From Octopus vulgaris (Eukaryota), in NCBI GenBank assembly GCA_951406725.2, contig OX597840.1:27900001-27964000 (forward strand): a stretch of DNA of 64,000 nt, in the 5' to 3' direction. Position numbers and translations under genes: made by a program. Shown here in pieces: positions 1-14,538 of the stretch (the first letter of the stretch is position 1; every line of letters begins with the position of its first letter). The notes under the pieces are model-generated. The model saw only the letters and a program-made list of their open reading frames with translations. It was not told the origin of the DNA and searched no databases.

Positions 1-430
1 AGTTTAAAAACTGTATCGTAACTGTTTGAAATTCATTTTAGACTTTCGAATATACGCTGCGTAGGACATAAATATTGATTGGTTATTTAATCAAGACCAG
101 CCAATTAATTATATTTTATGTAAATTAGAAAATAGCCATAATAGATAAAATCTAGTTTCTGATTGGTATTAATAGAAATTTGATATGCGTTGTATTTGTG
201 ACAGAGAATGAATAAGATGTTTGCCTTTTGATACGGGGTTGGCGGCGGTCGTCAACGAACCGCGAAATATGTCAGAATTATCTGCTTGGCTTTTCTGCAT
301 ATCAACAAAAGACCAAGATGTTTAAGTACATTAAATTTACATTAGGGGTTACATTAGGGGTTTTCTAATACATGTGTTACATATATGAATACATACACAC
401 GCGCATACACACATCCTCGCGGCTCTGTCG

Positions 431-630
431 TTTACTTGTTGTGGTCATTAGACCGCGGCCATGCTGGAGCACCGCATCGAAGAATATTTAGTTGAACGAA
501 TCGACCCAAGTTTTATTCTTGTTTGAGCCTAGTACTTTTATTGGACTCCTTTGCCGAAGTGCTAAGTTACGGGGACGTTAAACCACCAACTGCTGTTGCC
601 AAGTGGTGGTAGGATACAAACGCAGGCACA
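431..630 (-). mobile_element. SINE family A, diverged 3' half
   Basis: Matches the 3101-3310 part of the full copy (gcggccatgctggagcaccgc...tttgccgaa..gctaagttacggggacgt). Confidence 0.8.
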
Positions 631-639
631 AACACACAC

Positions 640-691
<52 letters not shown>

Positions 692-758
692 GGAGTTAAA
701 CGCAGGTGTTATTCAAATTCTTTTACTTCCGACACACTGGTATTATTCCAAAGGAGCT

Positions 759-1051
759 GTGGAGGCGCAATGGCCCAGTGGTTAGGGCAGCGGACTCGCG
801 GTCATAGGATCGCGGTTTCGATTCCCAGACCGGGCGTTGTGAGTGTTTATTGAGCGAAAACACCTAAACCTGTATTTCAAAGGGCCGGCCTTGTCTCTCT
901 CTGTGTCACGCTGAATATCCCCGAGAACTACGTTAAGGGTACACGTGTCTGTGGAGTGCTCAGCCACTTACACGATAATTTCACGAGCAAGCTGTTCCGT
1001 TGATCGGATCAACCGGAACCATCATCGTCGTAACCGACGGAGTGCTTCCCC
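759..1051 (+). mobile_element. tRNA-derived SINE family B, tail type 1
   Basis: Head gtggaggcgcaatggcccagtggttagggcagcggactcgcggtc...ggtttcgattccc with A/B-box-like motifs, shared with 17429 and 39828; ATTCCAAAGG direct repeat at 745-754 and 1052-1061 (probable TSD). Confidence 0.85.
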
Positions 1052-1260
1052 ATTCCAAAGGGATAAAATGGTGTAAAACAATGTAATCTTCTCTTCATAG
1101 AAATGAAGAAATAAAACTCGCCAATAAGACATTTTAACAGAAAATGATGGACGTTACATCCTGTAACTTTTTTCTAAAAAACAAACTTAATAGCGTTCAG
1201 TTAATCACTATGCATATGCATCATTTTCTGTTCAAATGTCTTATTGACGAGTTAAAAACT

Positions 1261-1446
1261 GATAAAAACTGGTGGGGACACAAACCACCTCCAGTGCTTG
1301 AAAATGACCACATCTTACTCCTCTGGAACTTCACCATTCAAACTGACAGAAAAATAGATGCGAATAGGCCAGACATCATATTGAAAGACTTCAGACAAAA
1401 ATCATGCCTCCTCATTGATATGACCGTCCCAATCGATATAAACGTA
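1261..1446 (+). pseudogene. Restriction-like endonuclease fragment of an R4/Dong-like non-LTR retrotransposon
   Basis: DKNWWGHKPPPVLEND-HILLLWNFTIQTDRKIDANRPDIILKD-SCLLIDMTVP matches the W-x-F-x-IQTD...NRPDI...D-x-x-x-P motif of RLE-clade elements; flanks show no homology. Confidence 0.85.
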
Positions 1447-1883
1447 CCTGCCTCAGTAACAATCATGGCCATTACAGCTGTTCAGCCTCATCACCAGAGT
1501 TCATAGAACTTAGGCTTTTACAAAAAATAGTAGAAAATATGAGGCTTATCAATATAACAGTTAACAGCTTCGTAGAGGTGCACCGTTCTCTTAAAATACT
1601 CTACTGACGTTCCTATTGGATTCGGCAATATAGAACTCTACTGTAAAATCGTAGCTGAAAATATTTTGTTATTTGGTAAATACAGCTGACGTAGCAATTT
1701 CCCAAAACTTCCACTAATATCAATTAAGGCTTCATTTAAATTAAACCAGAAAAAAAAATATATACAATTCACATTAATGATATTTCATAATTATTTCTCG
1801 ACATGATGCTAAAGAAACAGACGTTTCCTAGATAACAACATACTGTATGTATATGCGTATGTATATTTGTGTATGTGTGTGCA

Positions 1884-1938
<55 letters not shown>

Positions 1939-1949
1939 GTGTGTGTGTA

Positions 1950-1987
<38 letters not shown>

Positions 1988-1996
1988 TGTATGTGT

Positions 1997-2038
<42 letters not shown>

Positions 2039-2053
2039 TACACACACACACAC

Positions 2054-2112
<59 letters not shown>

Positions 2113-2705
2113 AAGCGTAATTATATATTATCGTTTATAATACAGGTTTCAATTAAAGCGATTAAATCCATACATATGACTGAAAAAAGATGAACCTATT
2201 TGGTCAGTTTTCTCCGAAATTTACGGCCTTCGGGCTTGTTTACAAATTTGTAATTACACGTGTGTGCATACAATATCTACACCCACAAGTATGTATATAT
2301 ATATATATTAATGTATGGTGAATTTAAGTACATACAGAAAACCCAAATTATACTTCATTAATTACTCTTGTTTCACAATGAATAACGCTGACTGTGACTT
2401 CGAAGTTCCACCAATTATTGAGTTCGCCAGCTAATCGCCAAACGACCTTTATGTTGCCGCTAAGCATTTTCTTGTATGCAAACGCTCACGCACATACACA
2501 GACACACATATATACAGACACACAAACACACACACAAACACTCACATACACACGCGCACAAACACACACAAACATACATATATATGAAATGTCCACTGAA
2601 AAGGGTTTACGTAGGGGTTATCTTACATAATTTGAAACACGTATATTAAATAATTTCAGTTAGTATCTTTGTCTACCTGTCAATCTATCTATCTATCTGT
2701 ATATA

Positions 2706-3085
2706 TATATAATTATAATAAAGGTTTTTTTGCAACAAGTTGCTTAAACCACATACTGAAAATATTAGAAATAGCAGTCAAAGGTCCACTATTACTATTA
2801 CTACAAAAATAAGTCTCCACAAACAACAGCCTTTGTAACTCATTCTTTTACCATATGTGAGTTACAAAGGCTGTTGTTTGCGGAGACTTATTTTTGTAGT
2901 AAAAGGAAATAGTAGTCCTTTGACTGCTATTTCTAATATTTTCGGTATGTGGTTTAAGCAACTTGTTGCAAAAAACCCTTTATTATTATAATTATATAAA
3001 TTTTTACCGAATATGGTCCTTTCCATACCGAAATACTACTAGGTGAAATTTATTGATTTTATTAAATTAATTATATTTCAACCTT
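2706..3085. mobile_element. Fold-back element (arms ~2706-2842 / 2858-2998) with unique extension
   Basis: ~140-bp imperfect inverted arms, 15-nt spacer; flanked by TATCTGTATATATATA at 2694 and 3086. Confidence 0.8.
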
Positions 3086-3100
3086 TATCTGTATATATAT

Positions 3101-3312
3101 ACTCTTTTACTCTTTTACTTGTTTCAGTCATTTGACTGCGGCCATGCTGGAGCACCGCCTTTAGTCGAGCAAATCGACCCCGGGACTTATTCTTTTGTAA
3201 GCCCAGTACTTATTCTATCGGTCTCTTTTTGCCGAACCGCTAAGTGACGGGAACGTATACACACCAGCACCAGTTGTCAAGCGATGTTGGGGGGACAAAC
3301 ACAAACACACAA

Positions 3313-3393
<81 letters not shown>

Positions 3394-3558
3394 TACGACG
3401 GGCTTCTTTCAGTTTCCGTCTACCAAATCCACTCACAAGGCTTTGGTCGGCCCGAGGCTATAGTAGAAGACACTTGCCCAAGGTGCCACGCAGTGGGACT
3501 GAACCCGGAACCATGTGGTTGGTTAGCAAGCTGCTTACCACACAGCCACTCCTGCGCC
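3101..3558 (-). mobile_element. SINE family A, full length (tRNA-like head, CORE-like segment, internal (TA)n(TG)n, LINE-like tail)
   Basis: Minus strand reads ggcgcaggagtggctgtgtggtaag...ggttcagtccc...accttgggcaagtg; ends ggcggtgctccagcatggccgcagtcaaatgactgaaacaag(taaaagag)n; many copies in window. Confidence 0.9.
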
Positions 3559-3570
3559 TATATATGTATA

Positions 3571-3640
<70 letters not shown>

Positions 3641-3856
3641 ATGATAAAATGAATGGTTTATATCTGGTAGCTTACTGGTAAAGCACGCTCACTTTCACAG
3701 CTTGTGTGCGTGTGCGCGCTTGTATTCGATATGGTTGCCAAAATTTCCTTGATGGATTGACCCAAGTGTGTCTTTAGTCAAAACACTGGAAGTAGTTAAA
3801 GAATTAGAAGAAATGATAAGGAATTATGGAAACTTGTGTAGAAGTAATCGTTTCCC

Positions 3857-4604
3857 CAAAAGATGGGCTACAGCAAATATTCTGCTCAATACCACAGATT
3901 TGCTTTAATGCCCTGATGCAGTACCAGGCAGTGGCTCTCATGGCTTCTGATCTTAACTGATTGGAAGTGTTATCATTTACATTGTTTTGTCTTGGTATAA
4001 AAGATGGGCTACAGCAAATATTCTGCTCAATACCACAGATTTGCTTTAATGCCCTGATGCAGTACCAGGCAGTGGCTCTCATGGCTTCTGATCTTAACTG
4101 ATTGGAAGTGTTATCATGTACATTGTTTTGTCTTGGTATAAAAGATGGGCTACAGCAAATATTCTGCTCAATACCACAGATTTGCTTGTCAGTTGTTTGA
4201 CCGTAACCAGTTGAGCATGTTCCTTAGTGGCTGACGATATGTGCATCTCTGACCACGAGCAGAAGTAGTGGTGGAGCATCATAACCATGTGTTGAGGGAG
4301 ATTCTTTGGAGTTTGAATAATTCACCTCTGGAAACATGGGTGTTTCGTTCAACATCCTTAAACAACCCTTATTCAGGGACCTTTTGAGCGAGATGGGTTA
4401 GTCGACCAGAAGAAAATTCTAACTGGGCCCCAACCTGCAAGGTCATGTGCTGTTTATCTTGATATGAGATCACCATATCGTGCACATATGGTTGTGATGC
4501 ATGTGCCTGGTGTACCCTTATCAGACGGGTAGTCATGATGGGTATACCGGGCTTCGTATATTTTATCCCAATGTCACTTTGATGGCATGCACTGCTATCT
4601 CACT

Positions 4605-4607
<3 letters not shown>
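3857..4607. mobile_element. Unclassified interspersed element D with 141-bp terminal tandem units
   Basis: Homologous to 16068-16731 (inverted) and 34501-35052; agatgggctacagc recurs at 3861, 4002 and 4143; followed by (AAT)n. Confidence 0.85.
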
Positions 4608-4638
<31 letters not shown>

Positions 4639-4649
4639 TACAAATTTTT

Positions 4650-4824
4650 CTACAAGGGCAACAATTTTGGGGCAATGGATGCGTAACTGGTACTTATTTT
4701 ATCGACCCCGAAAGGATGAAAGGCAAAGTCGACATCGGCGGAATGTGAACTCAGAAGGTAGCGACGGGTGAAATACCGCTTAGCATTTCATCCGGCGTGC
4801 TAACGATTCTGCCAGCTCACCGCC
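4650..4824 (-). mobile_element. SINE family C (Nin-domain-like core)
   Basis: Reverse complement of ggcggtgagctggcagaatcgttagcac...gtcgactttgcctttcatcctttcggggtcgataaaataagtaccag. Confidence 0.85.
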
Positions 4825-4893
4825 TTAATAATAATAATAATAATAACAGTAATTATGATAATTATAATAATAGTCACAACGACAATGATATTG

Positions 4894-4924
<31 letters not shown>

Positions 4925-5212
4925 AATGACAACGACGACGACGACGATGCAGATGTTGATAATAAGAATGATAATGCTAACAACAACAACAGCAACAACA
5001 ACAACATCACCACCACCACCACCACCAATAATAATAATAAGTAATAATAATAATGATAATAATAATAAAATTAATCATAAAATAACACCAAAAATATTAA
5101 GGATAATGATGAAAATGGCGTAATAATGATAATAATAACAATAATAATAGCAACAACAACAACAAGAATAATATTAGTAATGATGATGATGAGGATGATG
5201 ATGATGATGATG

Positions 5213-5271
<59 letters not shown>

Positions 5272-6052
5272 CGTAATGCTAAGAATAAAATAGTTATTAT
5301 TCTCCTGGAATATCTGGGTTACGTTGTCGGTTCAGGAAAAGTACAAACGTCTTTAGTTGCTTCTCCTCGTAGCTCTAACTAAATAAAAGCAAACTCTTCA
5401 GTCTTAGATTTCGACTGCGAAATATTCAAACCTCAGCTCGGTTTCACAAACAAAAGACTTTTTAATTATCTGGCGAGATTCAATCAATTTTATAATTCAT
5501 TGCCTCCAGTGATCAGTAAAATTTTACAGATGTGTTTGTGTTGTGTTGCGTGGATCTCTGTGTGTGTGTGAGTGTTTGTGTGTATTTGTGTTTGCCTTTG
5601 TCTCAAGCGTTTATTCAAGCCAATGGTAGGCCGTTGTAATCTTAAGTGCGATCCTGTAGTGAATGCTGACTGTAACGATTATGCGAGATTTGCGCTGTTA
5701 ACGTTTGATGTTTAAATAATGCTGTGAAGGTGTGTGAATGCGCGTAAAGGAAGCAGTGTGTGTGTGTGTCAGTGTGTCCGTGTGTGCGTACACGTATTTA
5801 CGTAGTAAAGAAGCTGTTATCGTACCTTAGATCCTTACTACGTTTCGTGGCATCATGCAGAGTCTGGGGTCTCGACAGAATCAGTTAAATTACAATGAAG
5901 AGTTACATGTATACCAGAGGGATATTTTGCGAGGGGATGCTGGAAAGGTCCCGGTTTGGGGTGAAATAAAATAAAGGGGGGTCAGTTAATTAGGATTTTA
6001 TTCAACATTTTCCCCTTCGCGACACCCTTAAAGCCAGGATCTTTTCATCCCA

Positions 6053-6131
<79 letters not shown>

Positions 6132-6146
6132 GGTATCTATCTATTG

Positions 6147-6209
6147 GGTTCGGCTGCTCTGCATTGATAAGGGGCAAATAGCCTGAAACTAGTCTGCGGA
6201 TGCCTGACC
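6147..6209 (+). ncRNA. Degenerate minimal type I hammerhead ribozyme motif
   Basis: Stem I TCTGCA/TGCGGA, core TTGATAA (2 changes from CTGATGA), stem II GGGC/GCCT, GAAA-CTAG-TC palindromic stem III. Confidence 0.6.
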
Positions 6210-6365
6210 AGCAAGAGAAAACGACTGACCTCCCCTGTTCGAAGGTTATAATCGACACAAGTTCGTGTGTCACATAGCTAGTTTGAGTCGATGGCCTCTT
6301 GGAGCTAATCAACGGCAGCATTCGTCCTATATTTCTGGACTGCCATATTAGCTTGGCAACGACTA

Positions 6366-6414
<49 letters not shown>

Positions 6415-6416
<2 letters not shown>

Positions 6417-6578
6417 GAGGGGCTTCTTTCAGTTTCTATCTGCCAAATCCACTTACAAGGCTTTGACTGGCCCCACGCTTAAGTAGAAGACCTTTGACCA
6501 AGGTGCCACGCTATAGGAATGAAGCCGGTACCGTATGGTTGGGAAGCAAGCTTCTTACCACACAGCCACACCCGCGCC
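6415..6578 (-). mobile_element. SINE A 5' half
   Basis: Homologous to 3397-3558. Confidence 0.85.
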
Positions 6579-6624
6579 TATCACACATACATATGCGTGT
6601 GTGTGTGTGTGTGTGTATGCATAT

Positions 6625-6716
<92 letters not shown>

Positions 6717-6719
<3 letters not shown>

Positions 6720-6879
6720 GCAGGAGTGGCTGTGTGGTAAGAAGCTTACTAACCAACCACATGGTTCCGGGTTCAGTCCCACTGCGTGGCATCTTGGGCA
6801 AGTGTCTTCTGCTATAGCCCCGGGCCAACCAATGCCTTGTGAGTGGATTTGGTAGACCGAAACTGAAAGAAGCCTGTCG
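6717..6879 (+). mobile_element. SINE A 5' half
   Basis: ggcgcaggagtggctgtgtggtaagaagc...gaaactgaaagaagcctgtcg then (TA)n. Confidence 0.9.
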
Positions 6880-6881
6880 TA

Positions 6882-6952
<71 letters not shown>

Positions 6953-7963
6953 ATATACGTCTATCTATATATAGCGCCAAATTCAAAAATTGTATATTAT
7001 TTGTAAGTAAACATTTAAGTGGAGATAGGTATAGAAGCGAGGTACCATTAAACATTCATACAAAAGTGGAAATATCTATCCTATGTCAGATCATACAAAG
7101 CTGTAGGTATTGCCTGAACATATAAGAAATATAAAATGAATATAAGCAAAATTCACGTGAAAAAATATGGAGGAAGATTTTTCTAACGCTTCCGGTTGCT
7201 AGTTGTTATTTAATGCATGTGTCAGGATTTCACTAAGGAAAGTATTTACTTACAAAACCAGTTCGCTAAATCTACGGATAGGTTTTTATGATAACGAAAA
7301 AATAAAAATATGCAAAAACTTGTTGGGAATGCTACAAAAGGAAAACTCCGTTGTCTTAAAAGAACTTTCATGTGCTAAACCTTTTATAAGGATTAAAAAA
7401 TAATTCCTTGACAACATCGTACGATTGAAAGTTTAAAAGTTTGTAAAACTTATTTGGTGAAGGATAATGCTTTGTCGGAAACTCGTACTGCGATCTTGTC
7501 GACACAAAACGTTAAATGTTATTCTTTAACTTATGGTAATTCCTTTATATTTTGCACCACAGATTTTTGTTATTTTTCTATATTTCTATATGTATGAATA
7601 TATATTTGGACCCGGCGTTGCTCTTGTTTCCACTGTTGAAGTTAAGCCCACCTCTGACCTTGTATTGAATAAGCATTTTCTTAGAGACTATTCTATCGAT
7701 TATTTTGAAATTTTACACGTGTAAAAATGCAATGATGTTTAGCTACGTAAGTATATTTTGTGAGAAATTTGGGCTGAAAATTTTGCAGATCAATTTTACC
7801 TTTCAACAGTCCAAAATGCCTGACGAAGTGGTTTGGTTGCATAATTCATATAACGTAATTTCAACTTCTGCAGTACATTTAGGCACAAATAAACAGCATG
7901 GATTGAAGAGATACGTAGCATCATTTGAACACAATCTGTTCAGTATCTATATACTTTTAGTAC

Positions 7964-8012
<49 letters not shown>

Positions 8013-8268
8013 ATCTGAATTAACTTGAAGTTATTATTATCGCAGGGAAAGCAGAAAGCGATTCAAGTAGTTTTAATGGTTAGTTCAAGACGTTGGATAT
8101 TGGGATGAATTGGGAATTATTCTTGAGAAAGCCTGCTTTGTGTGGCATAACACAAAATGTGGTAGGTACCTAAGTCTGTTATTTCGAATCGCTGCTTGAT
8201 ATCTAAAGAAGCCACGACAGGCAGCGGACAACAATGATTTATTCGCTGAGTGAACGAAATGAATAATG

Positions 8269-8343
<75 letters not shown>

Positions 8344-8559
8344 TATATATATAAAAAAACAACAAATGAATATATTTAATTTAGTGTAATTAACGATGAA
8401 AATCTTTAATTGAGAAACTCGTTTTAAACAAGAAAAATTTCTAGCATTTACAAAAACAAGTAAAACAGCCCCTCCTTTGGAAAACAAATATGATTTAACG
8501 GTAAACACAACAGAAATACTAGAATACGATACCAGATATTATCATTGTTGTTGTTGTTA

Positions 8560-8593
<34 letters not shown>

Positions 8594-8623
8594 CAACATC
8601 ATCATTATTATTATTATTATTAA

Positions 8624-8660
<37 letters not shown>

Positions 8661-8684
8661 ATTATTATTATTATTATTATTATT

Positions 8685-8765
<81 letters not shown>

Positions 8766-8922
8766 TGACCAACAAGAAAGACAAACAGTCGCTCTGACGG
8801 ATGGACTGTAATATAAGACCACCAACAGATGTATATATGTGTATATATATGTGTGTGTGTATGTATGTGTGTGTGCGTATGTATGTATGTATGTATATAT
8901 AAGTATGTATATATATATGTAT

Positions 8923-8956
<34 letters not shown>

Positions 8957-9167
8957 ATGGGGAGAATGGGGTGGAGACGCTAGTGGAATCTAAAGATGAC
9001 TAATTAGTTTCTTCTAATGAAGCATTCATGCAACTGTTAATTAACTAAAGACACCGATAACACATGTTCCGTTTGACTCTATTAACAGCTGCAGCAATAA
9101 AAAAAAAGTACAACGATGATGACTATCCTGATGATGATGATGATGATGGTGATGATGAATGATGATA

Positions 9168-9244
<77 letters not shown>

Positions 9245-9354
9245 AGGGATTATGATGATGATGGTGATGATGATGATGATGATGATGATGGTGGTGGTGA
9301 TGATGATGGTGATGATAAACGTGAACTAACTTTATGGAGCTGCAAAATAAGGTA

Positions 9355-9423
<69 letters not shown>

Positions 9424-9531
9424 TGCGTGTTTTGTTGTCTTTAGAAATTTAACGCGGCACCAACAATCGAATTGAAATTACCTTTGATTGAATAGAAAAA
9501 GACAAAGCGAGATGGCGAATAATTACCATAT

Positions 9532-9605
<74 letters not shown>

Positions 9606-9734
9606 TAATTGAATAAAACAATCTTTTGTCTGCAGTGTGTGTTTGTGTGTGTGTGTGTTTATCGGTGATTGTGTGATTTGGTTGCGTGGGGACATTTCTG
9701 TTTGTAAATTGACGTAGAGGAAAAACAACAGGAC

Positions 9735-9755
9735 ATCATCATCATCATCATCATT

Positions 9756-9791
<36 letters not shown>

Positions 9792-9835
9792 GTCGTCGTC
9801 GTCGTCATCATCATCATCGTCACCATCATCATCAC

Positions 9836-9892
<57 letters not shown>

Positions 9893-9959
9893 CTCATCAT
9901 CATCCTCATCATCATTATCATCCTCATCATCATCATCATCATTATCATCATCATCATCG

Positions 9960-9991
<32 letters not shown>

Positions 9992-10029
9992 GTCATCATC
10001 ATCATCATCATCATCCATCATCATCATCC

Positions 10030-10087
<58 letters not shown>
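9735..10087. repeat. (CAT)n microsatellite; a second (CAT/CGT)n tract lies at 10538-10926
   Basis: Direct reading. Confidence 0.95.
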
Positions 10088-10109
10088 TTTATTTTTTAAT
10101 TATTTTTTA

Positions 10110-10515
10110 ACGGCAGAATTGTTAACATGCCGTACTGTGTGCCGAGCAGTTTTTCGTCCGTCTTTATGTTCTGAGTTCAAAACGCCACCAGGGTCGTTTT
10201 TTTTTGCCTTACACGCTTTCGGGGTTGATAGAATAGATACCAGTTAAAGACAAGGGTCGATGTAATATTCTGTACTTCACTTACTTCCAGATTAGTGGAT
10301 TTGCCCGTCGCTCCGTCGAACGTGGCCTCCACAAGACACGGAATCCAGGTGGCAGAATCATTAGCACGCAGGAGAAAATGCTATGCCTTGGTCTGAGTTC
10401 AAATTCCTTTCACTTCGACTCCGCCTTTCATCCTTTCGGGGGTCAGTAAAATAAGTACCAGTTGATCAAGGGGGTCAATATAATAGACTTGGTCCCTCAA
10501 CCAAAATTTCCGGCC
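10110..10515 (+). mobile_element. Two diverged SINE C copies
   Basis: ggcagaattgttaacatgccg...ctgagttcaaa; ggcagaatcattagcacg...gcctttcatcctttcggg...aataagtaccagtt. Confidence 0.7.
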
Positions 10516-10590
10516 TTTTACTTATAATAGAAGGGACCATCATCATCATTGTCATCATCGTCATCATCGTCATCATCGTCGTCGTCATCG

Positions 10591-10646
<56 letters not shown>

Positions 10647-11244
10647 GTCGTAGTCATCATCATCATCATCGTCGTAGTCATCATCATCATTGTCGTCGTC
10701 GTCATCATCGTCATCATCATCATCATCATCATCGTCATCATCGTCATCATCATCGTCGTAGTCATCATCGTCGTAGTCATCATCATCATCATTGTCGTCG
10801 TCGTCATCATCATCATTGTCGTCATCGTCGTCATTATCATCATTATCATCATCATCATCATGATCGTCATGATCGTCATCATCATCATCATCGTCGTCGT
10901 CGTCATCATCCGCATCATCATCATCAGTAGCAGCATCACCTAATATTATGTATTATTGTTATTATTATTTGCTGCTGATCTGTTCCTGCTTTTAGCGGTT
11001 ATTATTATTATTTTTTTTTTTTGGCCAAATTGATTTTCTGAGTGTTGGAATTCATCACGTCCAACTTGATTTCTTTTCTTCAGTTGCAGAATTTGGAAGT
11101 CTGCCTATACCAAGTCACAGACAGAAGATGATGCTTGCTTTTAAACAAAGATTTATTATTATTTTTTTTCTTCTTACTTGTTTTCATTCGTGTACTTAAT
11201 AATAGAAGGAAAACAGTTGTAATGGCCGTTCAGAAAATTGAAGG

Positions 11245-11540
11245 CAACCACATCGCTCGCGGTTTCAGGTTCAGTCCCGCTGCTTAACACCTTGGCTGAG
11301 TGTCTTCTAAATCAGCCACGAGACGACCAACAACTGAATTTAATAGACAGAAACTGTATGGAATCCGTTGTGTGTGTGCGTATATGTTTTTATGTCTCTG
11401 CCACCCTCCGATTGTCGATAGGTGATAATATGTTTACGTCTCCGTAACTTAGCACTCCGGTCAATGAGCACTGTAGAGTAAGTACCAGATATAGACATGA
11501 GTCGATCTACCTAAAAGCCTTCAAGCCCGGCAGATCTAGA
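11245..11540 (+). mobile_element. Old SINE A-related copy
   Basis: ggttcagtcccgctgc..accttggctgagtgtcttct...tttacgtctccgtaacttagc. Confidence 0.65.
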
Positions 11541-11671
11541 ATTCAATGGTTAAACAAGTGGGAGATAAATTTACAAGAATATTGTACAAAGGATTTTCTT
11601 TTAAATCAACGAATTTTTGGAGGAGGCACAACAGCAACTGCAATAACAATAACATGAATATCAACAAAAAC

Positions 11672-12178
11672 GCTCACCCATACAGAGAAGTTTTTCCAAA
11701 TGATGAAAAAAATTTAGCAGAGCATTAGTTTGGTTTCTTTCACATATAGCTTGAAATTTGCAAGCGAAACTAAAGCATGGCTGCTTTGCATGGCAAAAAC
11801 AAGGGCTTCTCTACCCGAAGCTGTCATATATGTACGAGAGAAGAAAGAAGTCTGGTTGTCCGATGGCAGTGAGACACTTGAGACCTTTCTCTTGTCATCC
11901 AAACTACAACGAGAGGTAAATATCACGCACACAAAGAAGGTTTTCCAAATGTTTAAAAAAAATTAGTGTAGCATCAGTTTGGTCTCTTTCACACATAACG
12001 TGAAATTTGCAGCGAAACCAATGCATGGTAGTATTGCATGACAAAAGCAAGGGCTTCTTCACCCGAAGCTGTCATATACGTACCAGAGGAAAGTAATCTG
12101 GTTGTTCGTTCGCAATGAGACTCTTGTGACATTCCTCTTGCCATCCAAAGTGCAGCGAGAGGTAAACCTCGCACGCAT
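11672..12178. repeat. Diverged tandem duplication, ~249-bp period, two copies
   Basis: ttttccaaatg at 11692 and 11941; acccgaagctgtcatata and cgagaggtaaa repeated in register. Confidence 0.85.
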
Positions 12179-12640
12179 GCTGTGGGACCACCTCTTAGAC
12201 TGGACAATGGAATACATATCTTAATACATGGGCTGTTTTTAAACTAAAGGACGGGGCAATAGAGCCAAGCTCAGTAAATGCATCATGCAACAACCAATTA
12301 ACTATTCGTACAGTATTTGGGAAGAAGGAATACAAAACATACAATAATATATATCAATGGTGATGTTGACACGGCGTTTGCGGTCACTTTCGTAATACAA
12401 TATGGACATGTTATAGACGCAGAGATGATTTTTGGGGGACCATATCTGTTTGGACGATGCAATGTTCTCTGGATATAAAAATTCTTATGATCTTACAAGA
12501 CAACAAAACAATTTTGGAATTGAAGCATACAGTGATTCTCGAGCCAAAAATCACTGTATATATATATAAATCTGTCTAATAAAGGCCCGAAACATATGTA
12601 CCGATGAGTCCTTCGCATCATGTTTTTATTTTATTTTGAT

Positions 12641-12697
<57 letters not shown>

Positions 12698-13849
12698 TAG
12701 ATAGATAGATAGATAGATAGACAAATAGACAGATAGACAAACAAACAGACAGGTACATAGATAAATAGATAGAAACATAGATTGATAGATATATAGATAG
12801 GCAGGCAGGTAGATAGATAGATACATACATACATGCATACATACATACATGCATACAGACATACATACAGAGAAACAGACAAAGAGCTAGATAGATAAAT
12901 AGATAGATAGATAGATAGATAGATACATACATACATACATGCATGCATACATACATACATACATACATACATACATACATGCATACATACATACATACAT
13001 ACATACTTACATAGAGATATGTACACATATACAAACATATATAAAAATATATAGATTAATAGACAGATAGACAGACAGACCACAAGAATTTCGCTGACAT
13101 CTTTGCACTATACGTCGCTTATAGAGCGAAATATATTTGTAATTTATGAAAATTCCATACGATTGCCAATATACTAGTTTAGTGGGGTCCCATCATCAGT
13201 AGCATCGTCATCACCCTCACTACCTCTCATCCACCGTAATTACTCTCATTACTAATATTAGTATAATTGTTATTCCCGCATAACTGTGCAGTGGAATCTT
13301 GGAATCTTCTAGCGAAGCCGTTTGATACAAAGAAGAAAAACAAAAAGCCACCCCCACCACCCCCAAAAAAAAACCCAAAACCAAAAAAAAAACGAAGCGT
13401 TTTTGAATGAATATTCTTACTCTTAAAGAAATAGCTGTCAAGGACAGATTGAAACACGTAGTAAGATTGTTGTTTTTGTTGTTGTTGTTGCTATTATTTA
13501 ACGCTTTGTTGTGTTTTTGGTTATTTATGCTGTTATCCGTTTATATATTTATTTATTTATTTATTTATCCATTCGCTTTTAGTTATCGATTTTTCCTGAT
13601 AATGTGCGCTATATTCAGAAGTGAAACTTTATCGAACGGCAACTGGAAGAGATACGACCAACTAGAGAACAAAACAAAACTAAAAATAAAATAAAAATTA
13701 AAAATTAAAATAAAAGACAAACAACAACGTAAAAGAACGAAAAATATATACATATATATAAAAAATATTTCTATGATTGACAGAAATATATATGTATGTA
13801 TGAGAAAAGTCATACATGTTATGATGAAAAAGTTAACTATAAATACGAA

Positions 13850-14538
<689 letters not shown>

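Noticed and set aside
339-362. Telomeric TTAGGG
   Set aside because: Only a 12-bp duplication (acattaggggtt x2)
759-835. tRNA gene
   Set aside because: The tRNA-like head continues into a SINE body in three copies; no clean cloverleaf or terminator
4225-4275. Hammerhead in element D (CTGACGA...GAAG/GAAA)
   Set aside because: No convincing stems I-III in any of the three copies
7203-8013. Short ORFs as host exons
   Set aside because: AT-rich with no recognisable motif; small exons cannot be excluded without RNA-seq
12570-12612. Hammerhead-like ggcccGAAACATATGTA
   Set aside because: Core CUGANGA and stem I register could not be established
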